From: Escherichia coli
GTDB lineage: Bacteria > Pseudomonadota > Gammaproteobacteria > Enterobacterales > Enterobacteriaceae
Reading direction: 5' to 3' (one strand)
Assembly: GCF_050920415.1 (NCBI RefSeq)
Contig: NZ_CP169309.1
DNA: 64,000 nt
In this document: positions 12,939 to 23,570 of the stretch, piece after piece
Layout of the letters: every line of letters begins with the position of its first letter
How positions within the stretch are numbered: position 1 is the stretch's first letter
Notes under the pieces: model-generated
Told to the model about the DNA's origin: nothing
What the model saw: the letters and a program-made list of their open reading frames with translations, nothing else
Databases searched by the model: none
Translations under genes and position numbers: made by a program

Positions 12939-13087
12939 TTTACATCCCGGTAATGCAACAAAAGTTAGAGCTTTTAAACGCTGCTACTATACGCGCGCGA
13001 TTGAGGTTTGGGAATGAGGGCAAGTTAAGGGAGCGTAAAAATTTATGGGCCTGAAGCGGCCCATAAATTTTTAAAGAGAATTCTGAT

Positions 13088-13381
13088 TTAAAAGAAGAAG
13101 AAAATCAGCCCGACAATGAGAACAATATCGGCAAGCAAAGGGCAAAAAATCCCTTGCCAGAGAACCTTCTGCGGACGAAAGCCCACGCCGTGAATAACAC
13201 CAGCACAGACGGCCCACATCAGCAATAAACCATGCCAGATTTCCAGTTCACTGGTCTTCGCGGCGAAACGTGACGGGTCCCAAAACATACATCCTGCTAA
13301 CAGAAGCGCCATCACGAAGGAAAGCGCCCGCAGGGGGCGCTTGTCCATTACCGCATACAAGGTTGCGATAATCTTACTCAT
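13088..13381 (-). CDS. ybgE: cyd operon membrane protein YbgE
   Basis: 97-aa hydrophobic protein downstream of cydX. Confidence 0.85.
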   Translation of the reverse strand: MSKIIATLYAVMDKRPLRALSFVMALLLAGCMFWDPSRFAAKTSELEIWHGLLLMWAVCAGVIHGVGFRPQKVLWQGIFCPLLADIVLIVGLIFFFF

Positions 13382-13494
13382 CAGATGTCTTCTTGACCGG
13401 CTTTGCCTGATTCGACGTGCTCAAGCGCCAGCGCGGTGATTACCCCAAACGAACAGGCAAGAAGCGTTCCCAGAATCCATGCGAAATACCACAT
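13381..13494 (-). CDS. cydX: Cytochrome bd-I small subunit CydX (YbgT)
   Basis: Not in the ORF track (under 60 aa). Reverse strand translates to the 37-aa MWYFAWILGTLLACSFGVITALALEHVESGKAGQEDI; stop overlaps the ybgE start (ATGA). Confidence 0.85.
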   Translation of the reverse strand: MWYFAWILGTLLACSFGVITALALEHVESGKAGQEDI

Positions 13495-13508
13495 TTTTAG
13501 CTCCTTAC

Positions 13509-14648
13509 TTAGTACAGAGAGTGGGTGTTACGTTCAATATCTTCTTTGGTGATACGACCGAACATTTTCCAGTAGCACCAGGCGGTGTAGAGCAGAATGA
13601 TCGGTACCAGAACCACCGCAACCCAGGTCATGACGTTAAGCGTCAGCTGGCTGGAAGTTGCATCCCACATTGTCAGACTTGCGTTCATCATGGTGCTGGA
13701 CGGCATCACAAACGGGAACATTGCAATACCGGCAGTCAGGATGATGCAGGCCAGCGTCAGGGAGGAGAACACAAACGCCCACGCCGCTTTATCCATACGT
13801 GCAGTCAGAATGGTCAGCAGAGGCAGAACCACACCCAGTACCGGAATAGCCCACAGAATCGGCGTGTTGTTGAAGTTCACCAACCATGCGCCAGCTTCAC
13901 GAACCACTTCTTTATTCAGCGGGTTAGATGCCGCGTAATGGTCCATTGTTGATTTCACAACATAACCATCGATACCGTACATCACCCATACGCCAGCCAG
14001 TGCGAAGCAGACCAGTGTCACCAGAGCCGCCACCTGAGCCGTTGCACGAGTACGCAGGTGCAGTTCGCCCACGGTGCGCATCTGCAGATAAGTCGCGCCC
14101 TGTGTAATGATCATCCCTACGCTCACCACACCTGCCAGCAAGCCGAACGGGTTAAGCAGCTGGAAGAAGTTACCGGTGTAGTACAGACGCAGATATTCAT
14201 CCACGTTGAACGGTACGCCCTGCAACAGGTTACCAAACGCCACGCCAATCACCAGCGGCGGAACGAAGCTACCAATGAAGATGCCCCAGTCCCACATGTT
14301 ACGCCAGCGGGTTTCTTCAATCTTGGAGCGGTAGTCAAAACCGACCGGACGGAAGAACAGAGACGCCAGCACGAGGATCATCGCGACATAGAAGCCGGAG
14401 AACGCAGCGGCATAGACCATCGGCCAGGCAGCAAACAGAGCGCCACCCGCAGTGATCAGCCATACCTGGTTACCGTCCCAGTGTGGTGCGATGGAGTTAA
14501 TCATAATTCGACGCTCGGTGTCGTTACGACCGAGGAAACGGGTGAGCATGCCCACCCCCATGTCGAAACCGTCAGTGACTGCAAAACCAATCAGCAGAAC
14601 GCCAACCAGCAGCCACCAGATAAAACGCAATACTTCATAATCGATCAT
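13509..14648 (-). CDS. cydB: Cytochrome bd-I ubiquinol oxidase subunit II
   Basis: 379-aa match to CydB. Confidence 0.95.
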   Translation of the reverse strand: MIDYEVLRFIWWLLVGVLLIGFAVTDGFDMGVGMLTRFLGRNDTERRIMINSIAPHWDGNQVWLITAGGALFAAWPMVYAAAFSGFYVAMILVLASLFFRPVGFDYRSKIEETRWRNMWDWGIFIGSFVPPLVIGVAFGNLLQGVPFNVDEYLRLYYTGNFFQLLNPFGLLAGVVSVGMIITQGATYLQMRTVGELHLRTRATAQVAALVTLVCFALAGVWVMYGIDGYVVKSTMDHYAASNPLNKEVVREAGAWLVNFNNTPILWAIPVLGVVLPLLTILTARMDKAAWAFVFSSLTLACIILTAGIAMFPFVMPSSTMMNASLTMWDATSSQLTLNVMTWVAVVLVPIILLYTAWCYWKMFGRITKEDIERNTHSLY

Positions 14649-14663
14649 TTGACGACTCCTGTC

Positions 14664-16232
14664 TTAGCGTGCCGGCTGAGTAGTCGTGGAAGACTGCTCA
14701 AAGTGATAGCGACCGGTTTTCAGGCTGCTTGGGCCGAGGCGTGCAAACTTGAACATCAAGAACAATTCTGCCACCAGGAACAGGGTATACAGGCCACAAA
14801 TCAGCACCATCGAGAAGATGAGGTCGCCTGCGGTCAGTGACGAGTTCGCTACAGCTGTCGGCAGCACTTCACCGATAGCCCAAGGTTGGCGACCATATTC
14901 AGCCACGAACCAGCCCGCTTCTACAGCAATCCACGGCAGCGGAATACCGTACAGTGCGGCGCGCAGCAGCCATTTTTTCTCGCCAATACGGTTGCGGATG
15001 ACACTCCAGAAAGAGAGCGCGATGATTGCCAGCAGCAGGAAGCCACACGCCACCATGATACGGAACGCGAAGTACAGCGGCGCTACACGTGGAATGGAGT
15101 CTTTGGTTGCCTGTTGAATCTGCGCTTCAGTCGCATCCGCCACGTTTGGCGTGTAGCGTTTCAGCAACAGACCGTAACCGAGGTCTTTCTTCATGCTATT
15201 GAACTGGTCACGAACCGCCTGGTCAGTAGACCCAGAACGCAGTTGCTCGAGCAGAGAGTACGCCTTCATCCCGTTACGGATGCGTTCTTCATGCTGCACC
15301 ATCAGCTCTTTCAGGCCGATAACCGGGGTATCCACGGAACGCGTTGCAATGATGCCCAGCGCGTAAGGGATCTGGATCGCAAATTTGTTCGTCTCCTCTT
15401 CCTGATCAGGAATGCCGAACAGAGTAAAGGCAGCAGGTGCAGGTTGCGTTTCCCACTCGGCTTCAATAGCAGCCAGTTTGGTTTTCTGCACGTCGCCCAT
15501 TTCATAACCAGATTCATCACCCAGAACAATAACAGACAGAACGGCAGCCATACCGAAGCTGGCAGCGATAGCAAAGGAGCGTTTAGCGAAGGCGAAGTCA
15601 CGACCTTTCAGCATATACCATGCGCTGATACCGAGGATGAACATCGCGCCAGTCACATAACCAGACGCTACCGTGTGAACGAATTTCACCTGAGCAACCG
15701 GGTTAAGCACCAGCTCGGAGAAGCTCACCATCTCCATACGCATAGTTTCAAAGTTGAAATCGGACGCGATTGGGTTTTGCATCCAGCCGTTCGCAACCAG
15801 AATCCACAGCGCGGACAGGTTTGAACCGAGCGCCACCAGCCAGGTGACACACATATGCTGAACTTTACCCAGACGATCCCAACCGAAGAAGAACAGACCT
15901 ACAAAGGTGGATTCGAGGAAGAAGGCCATCAGACCTTCGATTGCCAGCGGCGCGCCGAAAATATCCCCTACATAGTGGGAATAGTAAGACCAGTTAGTCC
16001 CGAACTGGAACTCCATGGTCAGACCGGTTGCCACACCCAGAGCGAAGTTGATACCAAACAACTTGCCCCAGAACTTGGTCATATCTTTATAAATCTGTTT
16101 GCCGGAAAGGACGTAGACCGTTTCCATAATGGCCAGCAGGAACGCCATACCGAGCGTCAGTGGCACAAAAAGGAAGTGGTACATCGCGGTCAAGGCAAAC
16201 TGTAAGCGCGACAGTTCGACTATATCTAACAT
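14664..16232 (-). CDS. cydA: Cytochrome bd-I ubiquinol oxidase subunit I
   Basis: Match to CydA; start at the second Met of the track ORF ([15 protein letters not shown]...). Confidence 0.95.
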
Positions 16233-16568
16233 CATGACTCCTTGCTCATCGCATGAAGACTCCGAGAGTGAACCCCGTTAGAAAGGGTCACACGCATGCC
16301 CCAATACAAAATTATTTGCTCGCCTCTATCGCTGCCTTTTCCTCAAAAGTGGAAAAGACAATGATAAAAAGTTACAAATATGTTAATGAATAAACCAAAT
16401 TGATCCCGTAATTATATTACGCCGCAAAATCCTTACAATAAACAGGTTTTTATTGAGCAAATTTGCATTTTTCGACAGTGATCAATTTATAGCGAAATTG
16501 TCACGACCTCACCAATTTGATCTACGACAATTTATCGTGTTTTGCAGATTTTTTTCAAGAATTAAAAA

Positions 16569-16582
16569 TTGATTTATATCAA
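16569..16582. promoter_or_regulatory. FNR/CRP-family half-site palindrome in the cydA upstream region
   Basis: Perfect TTGAT-TTAT-ATCAA about 335 bp upstream of the cydA start, in a roughly 800-bp AT-rich leader/promoter region. Confidence 0.55.
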
Positions 16583-17035
16583 AACCAATCAAATATGTTA
16601 ATTATGTATAAACCATAGACCATTGGTAATTTTATTGTTAATTTATTGTGAAATATTTATGTAACACAATTATTACAATAAAAAGACATAGATAAAAAAC
16701 CAGTGTTTTATTTAACAGAATCGCCTTATCAACTTTTTATAATACCAATTGATTAGAGTAGCCAATTTGTTGCTATTTTACATAACATATTTTTATCAAA
16801 GTTAATTGATTGTTGCCTTTATGAGCATCGCCGTAAGACCGCCATGTTATTGTTTCATTTGTAATAATCACCAATAAGTATCGATGAGAGAGATATCGCT
16901 TAACAGAGGCGACTGTGTCTGCATGAACACAGGCAACTTTCGCCTGATAAACGAAAAATGAGCGATTTTTGCAAGTTAGTTTTTCTATAGCTGGGTACGC
17001 TGAGCGCCTCGCTTGATTACAATGAGGTTGCTGCC

Positions 17036-17980
17036 ATGGGTCTTGATAATATAGGTTCTGTTGTCAATCGCTTCTCTGGTTGGCCATCAAATGATCCTCT
17101 AAAAACAGATAACGAATCAATGACATCACCCGTGACTGTGCAGGTAATAAAGTTGATTGCCGCCATCCTTGACCCACATCGGATAGTCGTTGGTATCGAT
17201 ACACTCTATACAACGCAGCGCAAAACATTTACCTCAGAGGGTCAACAACTCATTGAATCAGCATTGAAAACACTTAATGTGATGAATTTAAATAACCTGG
17301 AAACAGATCGCGATGAGGAGGGTAACTATCTGGCTTTTGGATATAACGTTGACACTCCTGACAGAATAACCGTTTCTGCTTATAATGAAAAAAAACCTTT
17401 CTGTTATGGCCAATGTCTTTTAATACAGGATGAAGAACCAGATTTATTTAACCTGGTAAAAATTAAAACCTTTGAAGCCAGGCATAATTATGTTTCTAAA
17501 TTGATGAGCGATCCGGAATTTATGTTTAAATTCAGTTATAGCGCCCAACAAAATAGATTAGAACCTCATCTTCTGGTTCCCACTTATTTCCCTCTGAAAA
17601 CAAACCAACCGGTTACGCTAGAGGATTTACTGATACTTTATCGTTTCTTTAAAATGAATGGCGATTTTAATATATTAACATCAGATGAATACATGAGTAT
17701 CATGACACCTCTGATGAAGTGTGAGCGTAGTGTCCACGACCATAACAGGTATGTGACGGGCAAAGATGCTCTTCTTCTGGACAATCCTCCGTCTGGTAAC
17801 CAGATATATTTCCATATTTCCCCTGACGAATCAGCAACACTTGTCCTTTATTTTTCAGACAATAACCTTGAATCCTTCGTCTTTGAAAATGATATTCCGA
17901 GCCAGTATCGACATTTCAAAATGTTTACCAATTTAGCACTAGTTATTGATCAGTTAACCGACGCCAATCAAATACTTTAA
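17036..17980 (+). CDS. Hypothetical protein, 314 aa, acidic, no recognised domain
   Basis: Clean ORF with GAGG RBS 8 nt upstream of the ATG; strongly AT-rich codon usage (N/K/I/F/Y-rich) unlike the flanking core genes; no signal peptide or TM segment evident. Confidence 0.6.
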   Translation: MGLDNIGSVVNRFSGWPSNDPLKTDNESMTSPVTVQVIKLIAAILDPHRIVVGIDTLYTTQRKTFTSEGQQLIESALKTLNVMNLNNLETDRDEEGNYLAFGYNVDTPDRITVSAYNEKKPFCYGQCLLIQDEEPDLFNLVKIKTFEARHNYVSKLMSDPEFMFKFSYSAQQNRLEPHLLVPTYFPLKTNQPVTLEDLLILYRFFKMNGDFNILTSDEYMSIMTPLMKCERSVHDHNRYVTGKDALLLDNPPSGNQIYFHISPDESATLVLYFSDNNLESFVFENDIPSQYRHFKMFTNLALVIDQLTDANQIL

Positions 17981-18059
17981 TTTTCTATACAGCCCTGTGT
18001 AAAATATTGCTAAACAGTGCCCGGGGTTGATTTTTATTCCTCACGGTGATATTTAAATC

Positions 18060-18482
18060 ATGACACCATCTCAGCTCTCTTTTAATACTCTTCCTGTCAA
18101 TGCAACATGCACTTCAGAGATAACAGTAAACACACAAAAATTCTCTGACATCCTCTACTCAGTGGGGTATTCCCTAAAGGATCTGGCTTATCTGAGCAGA
18201 TGTCTGGCATCATTACACCCAACACTCGCCAAAAACATTTATGAAACGGAAAATCTCAGCGATCAAAAATTACTTTATATAGATTGCCGTAGTACAAATG
18301 AAATCAAGATAAATATATTTTTGGGTCAAAAAAGAGAAGAATTAATCGAAATTAGTTCTGATACAGTCATTTTTTCGATACTGTCTTCATTGATTGACTC
18401 AGCTATTTCTGAACATCGACATCAAATCACCGTTAATGATTCAAATAATTCTGAACTATTTTATGAGGATTATACTGATTAA
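18060..18482 (+). CDS. Hypothetical small acidic protein, 140 aa
   Basis: ORF 80 bp downstream of the previous gene, same strand and same AT-rich composition; about 21 acidic versus 10 basic residues; Ser/Thr/Asn-rich N-terminus. Confidence 0.5.
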   Translation: MTPSQLSFNTLPVNATCTSEITVNTQKFSDILYSVGYSLKDLAYLSRCLASLHPTLAKNIYETENLSDQKLLYIDCRSTNEIKINIFLGQKREELIEISSDTVIFSILSSLIDSAISEHRHQITVNDSNNSELFYEDYTD

Positions 18483-19024
18483 ATCCACTCTGTGCGAACC
18501 TGTCCTGCATTTATGCCAGAAGTATTAGAATCTTTGCTTAACGTTACTCATACAGTAGCACCTTCATGTGTCTCTCTTTTTTACGAACAATCAAAAGAAC
18601 TAACAAGGGGCATAATTCGTATAAATTATTAACCATTTGTTATATTCAACATTTTTTTACATTAAGCAGAGATGAATTGCAGTGAAATTCAAGTTAAATT
18701 TTACGAAATGTATTACTCATGGCTAAAAAATCTTCCCAAAATGCAAATTAGAAGTTGATCACAATTATCTCAATCCATCAAATCAAGATAATTTTAAAAA
18801 TTTAACATCAATGACAGCGGTTGGCATAACACACTGAATTAAAATGAAAATTTAAAAAACAATTTTTAAACAATCATTTCCCGAAAGACATTTTGAAAAT
18901 AGATCAATTGCAACATTACGGTCAGATAAAGACACTCCTCTGATATTAAACCTGTGCCGTTATGAACGGCCATAAATACGACGTGTGTAACTTAATTTAC
19001 TCTCTGTCTTACAAAGGATTACCC

Positions 19025-19474
19025 ATGAAGAAAGCAACACTTGTGATTGGCGTTATTGGCGCGGACTGCCATGCAGTAGGCAATAAAGTTCTGGACCGCG
19101 TTTTTAGCAACCATGACTTCAGAGTCATTAATCTGGGCGTAATGGTCAGCCAGGACGAATATATTGATGCTGCCATTGAAACTGGCGCTGACGCGATTGT
19201 CGTCTCCTCTATCTATGGGCATGGCGATATCGACTGTCTGGGCATGCGCGAACGCTGCATTGAGCGTGGCTTGGGGGACATCCTGCTCTATGTGGGCGGC
19301 AACCTGGTGGTCGGAAAACATGACTTCGCTGACGTGGAAACCAAGTTCAAAGAGATGGGATTTGATCGCGTCTTCGCCCCAAGTCATGACTTAGAAGATG
19401 TCTGCCAGCTGATGGCCCACGATATCAACCAACGTCATGGCGTTGAAACTTGCATTCTTGAAGAGGCAATCTGA
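19025..19474 (+). CDS. glmS: Glutamate mutase sigma (S) subunit, B12-binding (methylaspartate mutase small subunit)
   Basis: [24 protein letters not shown]... carries the DxHxxG cobalamin-binding motif and resembles clostridial GlmS/MutS end to end; symbol is glutamate-mutase nomenclature, not GlcN-6-P synthase. The track ORF is extended 21 codons upstream. Confidence 0.85.
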   Translation: MKKATLVIGVIGADCHAVGNKVLDRVFSNHDFRVINLGVMVSQDEYIDAAIETGADAIVVSSIYGHGDIDCLGMRERCIERGLGDILLYVGGNLVVGKHDFADVETKFKEMGFDRVFAPSHDLEDVCQLMAHDINQRHGVETCILEEAI

Positions 19475-20862
19475 TGCAAATCGTCTCTGTCGATATTGGA
19501 TCGACGTGGACCAAAGCAGCCCTCTTCACCCGGGAGGGGGACGCGTTAACGTTGGTTAACCACGTTCTGACCCCAACCACCATCCATCATCTGGCAGAGG
19601 GATTTTTCTCCAGCCTTAACCAGGTGTTAAACGTAGATAATGCCCTCCCCCTGTTAAACCGCGGTGAGGTTGCATTGAAGTATTCCTCTTCTGCCAAAGG
19701 TGGGCTGGCGGTTGCCGCAATGGGAATAGTGCCTTCTATCACTCTGGAAACCGCGAAAGTAACCGCTCACTCTGCAGGTGCTAAAATTGCGCAATATTAC
19801 TCCTACAAGCTGAACCGCCGTGATATCCAGGCACTAGAAGAAACGCAGCCCGATATTCTCTTGTTCACCGGCGGCACCGACGGCGGAGAAGAAAGCTACG
19901 GACTGAATAACGCCCGTGTGCTGGCAGAATCCAAACTCGACTGCGCCATTATTTATGCCGGAAACCGGGATATTCAGGACAAGGTGCAGGAGACCCTCGG
20001 GCATAAAGACCTGACCATCGTCGACAACGTTCTGCCCGATCTTGACCATCCGAACCCTTTAGCTGCACGCCAGGCTATCTGCGACATATTCCTTAAACGC
20101 ATCGTTAAAGGGAAAGGGCTGGATGTCATTGTTGATAAAACAGGCGAAGAACCAATGCCGACACCATGGACGGTCTTTGAACTGGTGAAGGCAATCAGTA
20201 ACGTCGATCACAGCTGGAAAGAGTTCATGCTGATCGACATGGGCGGCGCAACCACCGATGTCTATTCCGCCTGTGCCAACACGCTCTCGCCCGACACTGT
20301 TTTACATGGCGTACCGGAACCCTTCGTAAAACGGACGGTGGAAGGCGATCTGGGAATGCGCGTCTCGGCAATGGTGGTTGGTGAAAGTGCGAAAGAGTTA
20401 GTCAGTGTGAATTTTGCTCAGCAACCCGCACAGTTGGACGCTTTTTATCATTACCTCCGTCATCTAGTCGCTCATCCCGACTACTTACCCGCGAATGCAG
20501 ATGAAAAATATTTCGATACCGTCCTGGCCGGACTGTGTGTGGGTTATGCCACCGAAAGACATGCGGGCACCAAAAAAGAGGTCTGCACCTGCGTCGGCAA
20601 TGTCGATTTACAGATGGGACGTGACCTGACAACCGTGCGTAAAGTCGTGGGTTCCGGCGGATGGCTCTCGCGTGCCAGTCAGTTCGATATGCATCACTGG
20701 TTGAAATACCGCGAGTTAAACGACGACGGTAAACGCATTCTCTTACCGACCGAATTTGAATATTACCGCGATTCCCGGGGGCTATTACCACTGCTGGCAA
20801 ACGTCGCCAGAGTCGATCCGCTGGCCGCCGCGCGCACCAGTATTCAATGCTTAACCCTATAA
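19474..20862 (+). CDS. glmL: Glutamate mutase-associated component L (MutL/GlmL-like, predicted actin/hexokinase-fold ATPase)
   Basis: 462-aa ORF translationally coupled to glmS (TGATG) in the conserved S-L-E order; N-terminal DIGSTWTKAA ATPase-like motif. Confidence 0.7.
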   Translation: MQIVSVDIGSTWTKAALFTREGDALTLVNHVLTPTTIHHLAEGFFSSLNQVLNVDNALPLLNRGEVALKYSSSAKGGLAVAAMGIVPSITLETAKVTAHSAGAKIAQYYSYKLNRRDIQALEETQPDILLFTGGTDGGEESYGLNNARVLAESKLDCAIIYAGNRDIQDKVQETLGHKDLTIVDNVLPDLDHPNPLAARQAICDIFLKRIVKGKGLDVIVDKTGEEPMPTPWTVFELVKAISNVDHSWKEFMLIDMGGATTDVYSACANTLSPDTVLHGVPEPFVKRTVEGDLGMRVSAMVVGESAKELVSVNFAQQPAQLDAFYHYLRHLVAHPDYLPANADEKYFDTVLAGLCVGYATERHAGTKKEVCTCVGNVDLQMGRDLTTVRKVVGSGGWLSRASQFDMHHWLKYRELNDDGKRILLPTEFEYYRDSRGLLPLLANVARVDPLAAARTSIQCLTL

Positions 20863-20880
20863 CAATTAAGGCTGCAATCA

Positions 20881-22326
20881 ATGGAACTTCGAAATAAGAA
20901 ATTAACCCATGACGAATTCATGACCGAGCGGCAACAGGTATTGAAAACCTGGGAAACCGGCAAGGATGTTGAAAACTTTGAAGATGGCGTTAAATACCAA
21001 CAAACCATTCCTGAGCATAAACGCTTCTCTCTTGCCCTGCTGAAAGCAGACAAGGAAGGTAAAACCCTTAGCCAACCGCGCGCAGGCGTGGCGCTGATGG
21101 ACGAACACATCGAACTACTGAAAACACTACAAGAAGAGTGCGATCTGCTGCCGAGCACTATCGATGCATATACCCGTCTGAATCGGTACGAAGAAGCGGC
21201 TGTAGGGATTAAAAAATCCATCGAAGCCGGAACCTCTAAACTGAACGGTTTACCGGTAGTTAACCACGGCGTCGCAGCTTGCCGTCGCCTCACCGAAACT
21301 CTGCAAAAACCGCTACAGATCCGCCACGGCACGCCTGATGCGCGTCTGCTGGCTGAAATCTCGATGGCCAGCGGCTTTACCAGTTATGAAGGCGGCGGCA
21401 TTTCCTACAATATTCCGTATGCCAAGCGCGTAACGCTGGAAAAATCGATCCGCGACTGGCAGTACTGCGATCGTTTAATGGGGATGTATGAAGAACACGG
21501 GATCCGCATCAACCGCGAACCGTTTGGCCCACTAACGGGTACGCTAATCCCGCCGTTTATCTCGCACTCTATCGCAATAATCGAAGGCTTGCTGGCACTG
21601 GAACAGGGTGTGAAGTCTATCACCGTTGGTTATGGTCAGGTCGGTAGCCTGACGCAGGATGTTGCGGCGATCCAGTCTCTGCGGGAACTTGCACACGAAT
21701 ATTTTCAGAGCTATGGCTATACCGACTACGAATTAAGTACCGTGTTTCACCAGTGGATGGGAGGCTTTCCGGAGGACGAATCGAAAGCGTTCGCCATTAT
21801 CTCCTGGGGTGCTGCCGTCGCGGGGATGTCTGGTGCTACCAAAGTCATCACCAAAAGTCCGCACGAAGCCTGGGGCATCCCGACTGCTGCTGCCAACATT
21901 CAGGGGCTAAAAGCCTCCCGCCAGATGCTCAACATGGTCAACGAGCAGAAATTCCCGCCGTGCCCGGCGGTTGAACTAGAAATTGAACTGATTAAGAGCG
22001 AGGTTCGCGCTGTACTGAACAAAGTGTTCGAACTGGGCAATGGTGATATTGCGCGCGGTACGGTGCTGGCATTTGAAGCGGGCGTACTGGATGTGCCGTT
22101 TGCGCCAGCCGCCTGCAACGCAGGCAAAATTCTTCCGGTCCGTGACAACACCGGCGCGATACGCGTACTGGAAGCCGGAGCCGTTCCATTGCCAAAAGAT
22201 ATTCTCGACCTCCACCACGATTACGTTGCTGAACGCGCGCGCTTTGAAGGACGCCAACCGACATTCCAGATGGTTGTAGATGACATCAATGCTGTATCCC
22301 ACAGTAAATTAATAGGAAGACCATAA
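20881..22326 (+). CDS. glmE: Glutamate mutase epsilon (E) catalytic subunit
   Basis: 481 aa; long colinear similarity to clostridial GlmE/MutE (LSQPRAGVAL, PSTIDAYTR, NREPFGPLTGTL, FQMVVDDI...). Confidence 0.88.
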   Translation: MELRNKKLTHDEFMTERQQVLKTWETGKDVENFEDGVKYQQTIPEHKRFSLALLKADKEGKTLSQPRAGVALMDEHIELLKTLQEECDLLPSTIDAYTRLNRYEEAAVGIKKSIEAGTSKLNGLPVVNHGVAACRRLTETLQKPLQIRHGTPDARLLAEISMASGFTSYEGGGISYNIPYAKRVTLEKSIRDWQYCDRLMGMYEEHGIRINREPFGPLTGTLIPPFISHSIAIIEGLLALEQGVKSITVGYGQVGSLTQDVAAIQSLRELAHEYFQSYGYTDYELSTVFHQWMGGFPEDESKAFAIISWGAAVAGMSGATKVITKSPHEAWGIPTAAANIQGLKASRQMLNMVNEQKFPPCPAVELEIELIKSEVRAVLNKVFELGNGDIARGTVLAFEAGVLDVPFAPAACNAGKILPVRDNTGAIRVLEAGAVPLPKDILDLHHDYVAERARFEGRQPTFQMVVDDINAVSHSKLIGRP

Positions 22327-23567
22327 TGAAAATAAAACAGGCCCTTTTTACCGCTGGCTACTCCTCATTCTATTTCGATGATCAGCAGGCGATAAAAAAC
22401 GGAGCGGGTCACGACGGCTTTTTTTATACCGGAGAGCCGGTAACACAGGGGTTTAACGCCGTACGTCAGGCCGGGGAGTGCGTTTCGGTTCAGTTGATTC
22501 TGGAAAACGGTGCGGTCGCCGTAGGCGACTGTGCTGCCGTACAGTATTCCGGGGCAGGCGGTCGCGATCCACTGTTCCTCGCAGAGCACTTTATTCCGTT
22601 CCTCAACGACCATATCAAGCCATTACTGGTAGGCCGCGATGTGGATGCTTTCCTGCCGAATGCCCGTTTCTTCGACAAATTGCGTATTGACGGAAACTTG
22701 CTGCATACCGCCGTACGTTATGGATTATCACAGGCGCTGCTTGATGCTACCGCGCTGGCAACCGGCCGTCTAAAAACTGAAGTGGTCTGTGATGAATGGC
22801 AGTTGCCACGCGTGGCGGAATCCATTCCATTATTTGGTCAGAGCGGAGACGATCGATATATCGCTGTCGATAAGATGATCCTTAAGGGCATCGACGTGCT
22901 ACCTCATGCGCTGATTAATAACGTCGAAGAGAAACTGGGCTTTAAAGGAGAAAAACTGCGCGAATATGTCCGTTGGCTATCCGATCGGATTCTAAGCAAA
23001 CGCACCAGCGCACGCTACCACCCTACCCTACACATCGATGTATACGGCACTATTGGTCTGATCTTCGATATGGATCCGCTTCGCTGTGCGCAATACATCG
23101 CCAGTCTGGAAAAAGAGGCGCAAGGCCTGCCGCTCTACATTGAGGGGCCGGTCGATGCCGGTAACAAGCCCGATCAAATCCGCCTGCTGACCGCGATTAC
23201 CAAAGAGCTGACGCGCCTCGGTTCCGGCGTGAAAATTGTGGCCGATGAATGGTGTAACACCTACCAGGATATTGTTGATTTCACTGATGCCGCCAGTTGC
23301 CACATGGTGCAAATCAAAACCCCGGATCTGGGCAGTATTCACAACATCGTCGATGCAGTTCTTTATTGCAACAGCCACAGCATGGAAGCGTACCAGGGCG
23401 GCACCTGCAATGAAACCGATGTCAGCGCCCGCACGTGTGTCCACGTCGCCCTTGCCGCTCGCCCCATGCGTATGCTGGTAAAACCGGGGATGGGCTTTGA
23501 CGAAGGCCTCGATATCGTCTTCAACGAAATGAATCGTACTATCGCGCTGTTGCAGGCTAAGGATTAA
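22326..23567 (+). CDS. mal: 3-methylaspartate ammonia-lyase (beta-methylaspartase)
   Basis: 413-aa enolase-superfamily protein of typical MAL length; start overlaps the glmE stop (TAATG). Confidence 0.85.
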   Translation: MKIKQALFTAGYSSFYFDDQQAIKNGAGHDGFFYTGEPVTQGFNAVRQAGECVSVQLILENGAVAVGDCAAVQYSGAGGRDPLFLAEHFIPFLNDHIKPLLVGRDVDAFLPNARFFDKLRIDGNLLHTAVRYGLSQALLDATALATGRLKTEVVCDEWQLPRVAESIPLFGQSGDDRYIAVDKMILKGIDVLPHALINNVEEKLGFKGEKLREYVRWLSDRILSKRTSARYHPTLHIDVYGTIGLIFDMDPLRCAQYIASLEKEAQGLPLYIEGPVDAGNKPDQIRLLTAITKELTRLGSGVKIVADEWCNTYQDIVDFTDAASCHMVQIKTPDLGSIHNIVDAVLYCNSHSMEAYQGGTCNETDVSARTCVHVALAARPMRMLVKPGMGFDEGLDIVFNEMNRTIALLQAKD

Positions 23568-23570
23568 CAA

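Noticed and set aside
18483-19024. Possible cobalamin riboswitch upstream of the B12-dependent glutamate mutase operon
   Set aside because: The 540-bp leader is extremely AT-rich and lacks a B12-box-like GC-rich core; it looks like a promoter region rather than a riboswitch aptamer.
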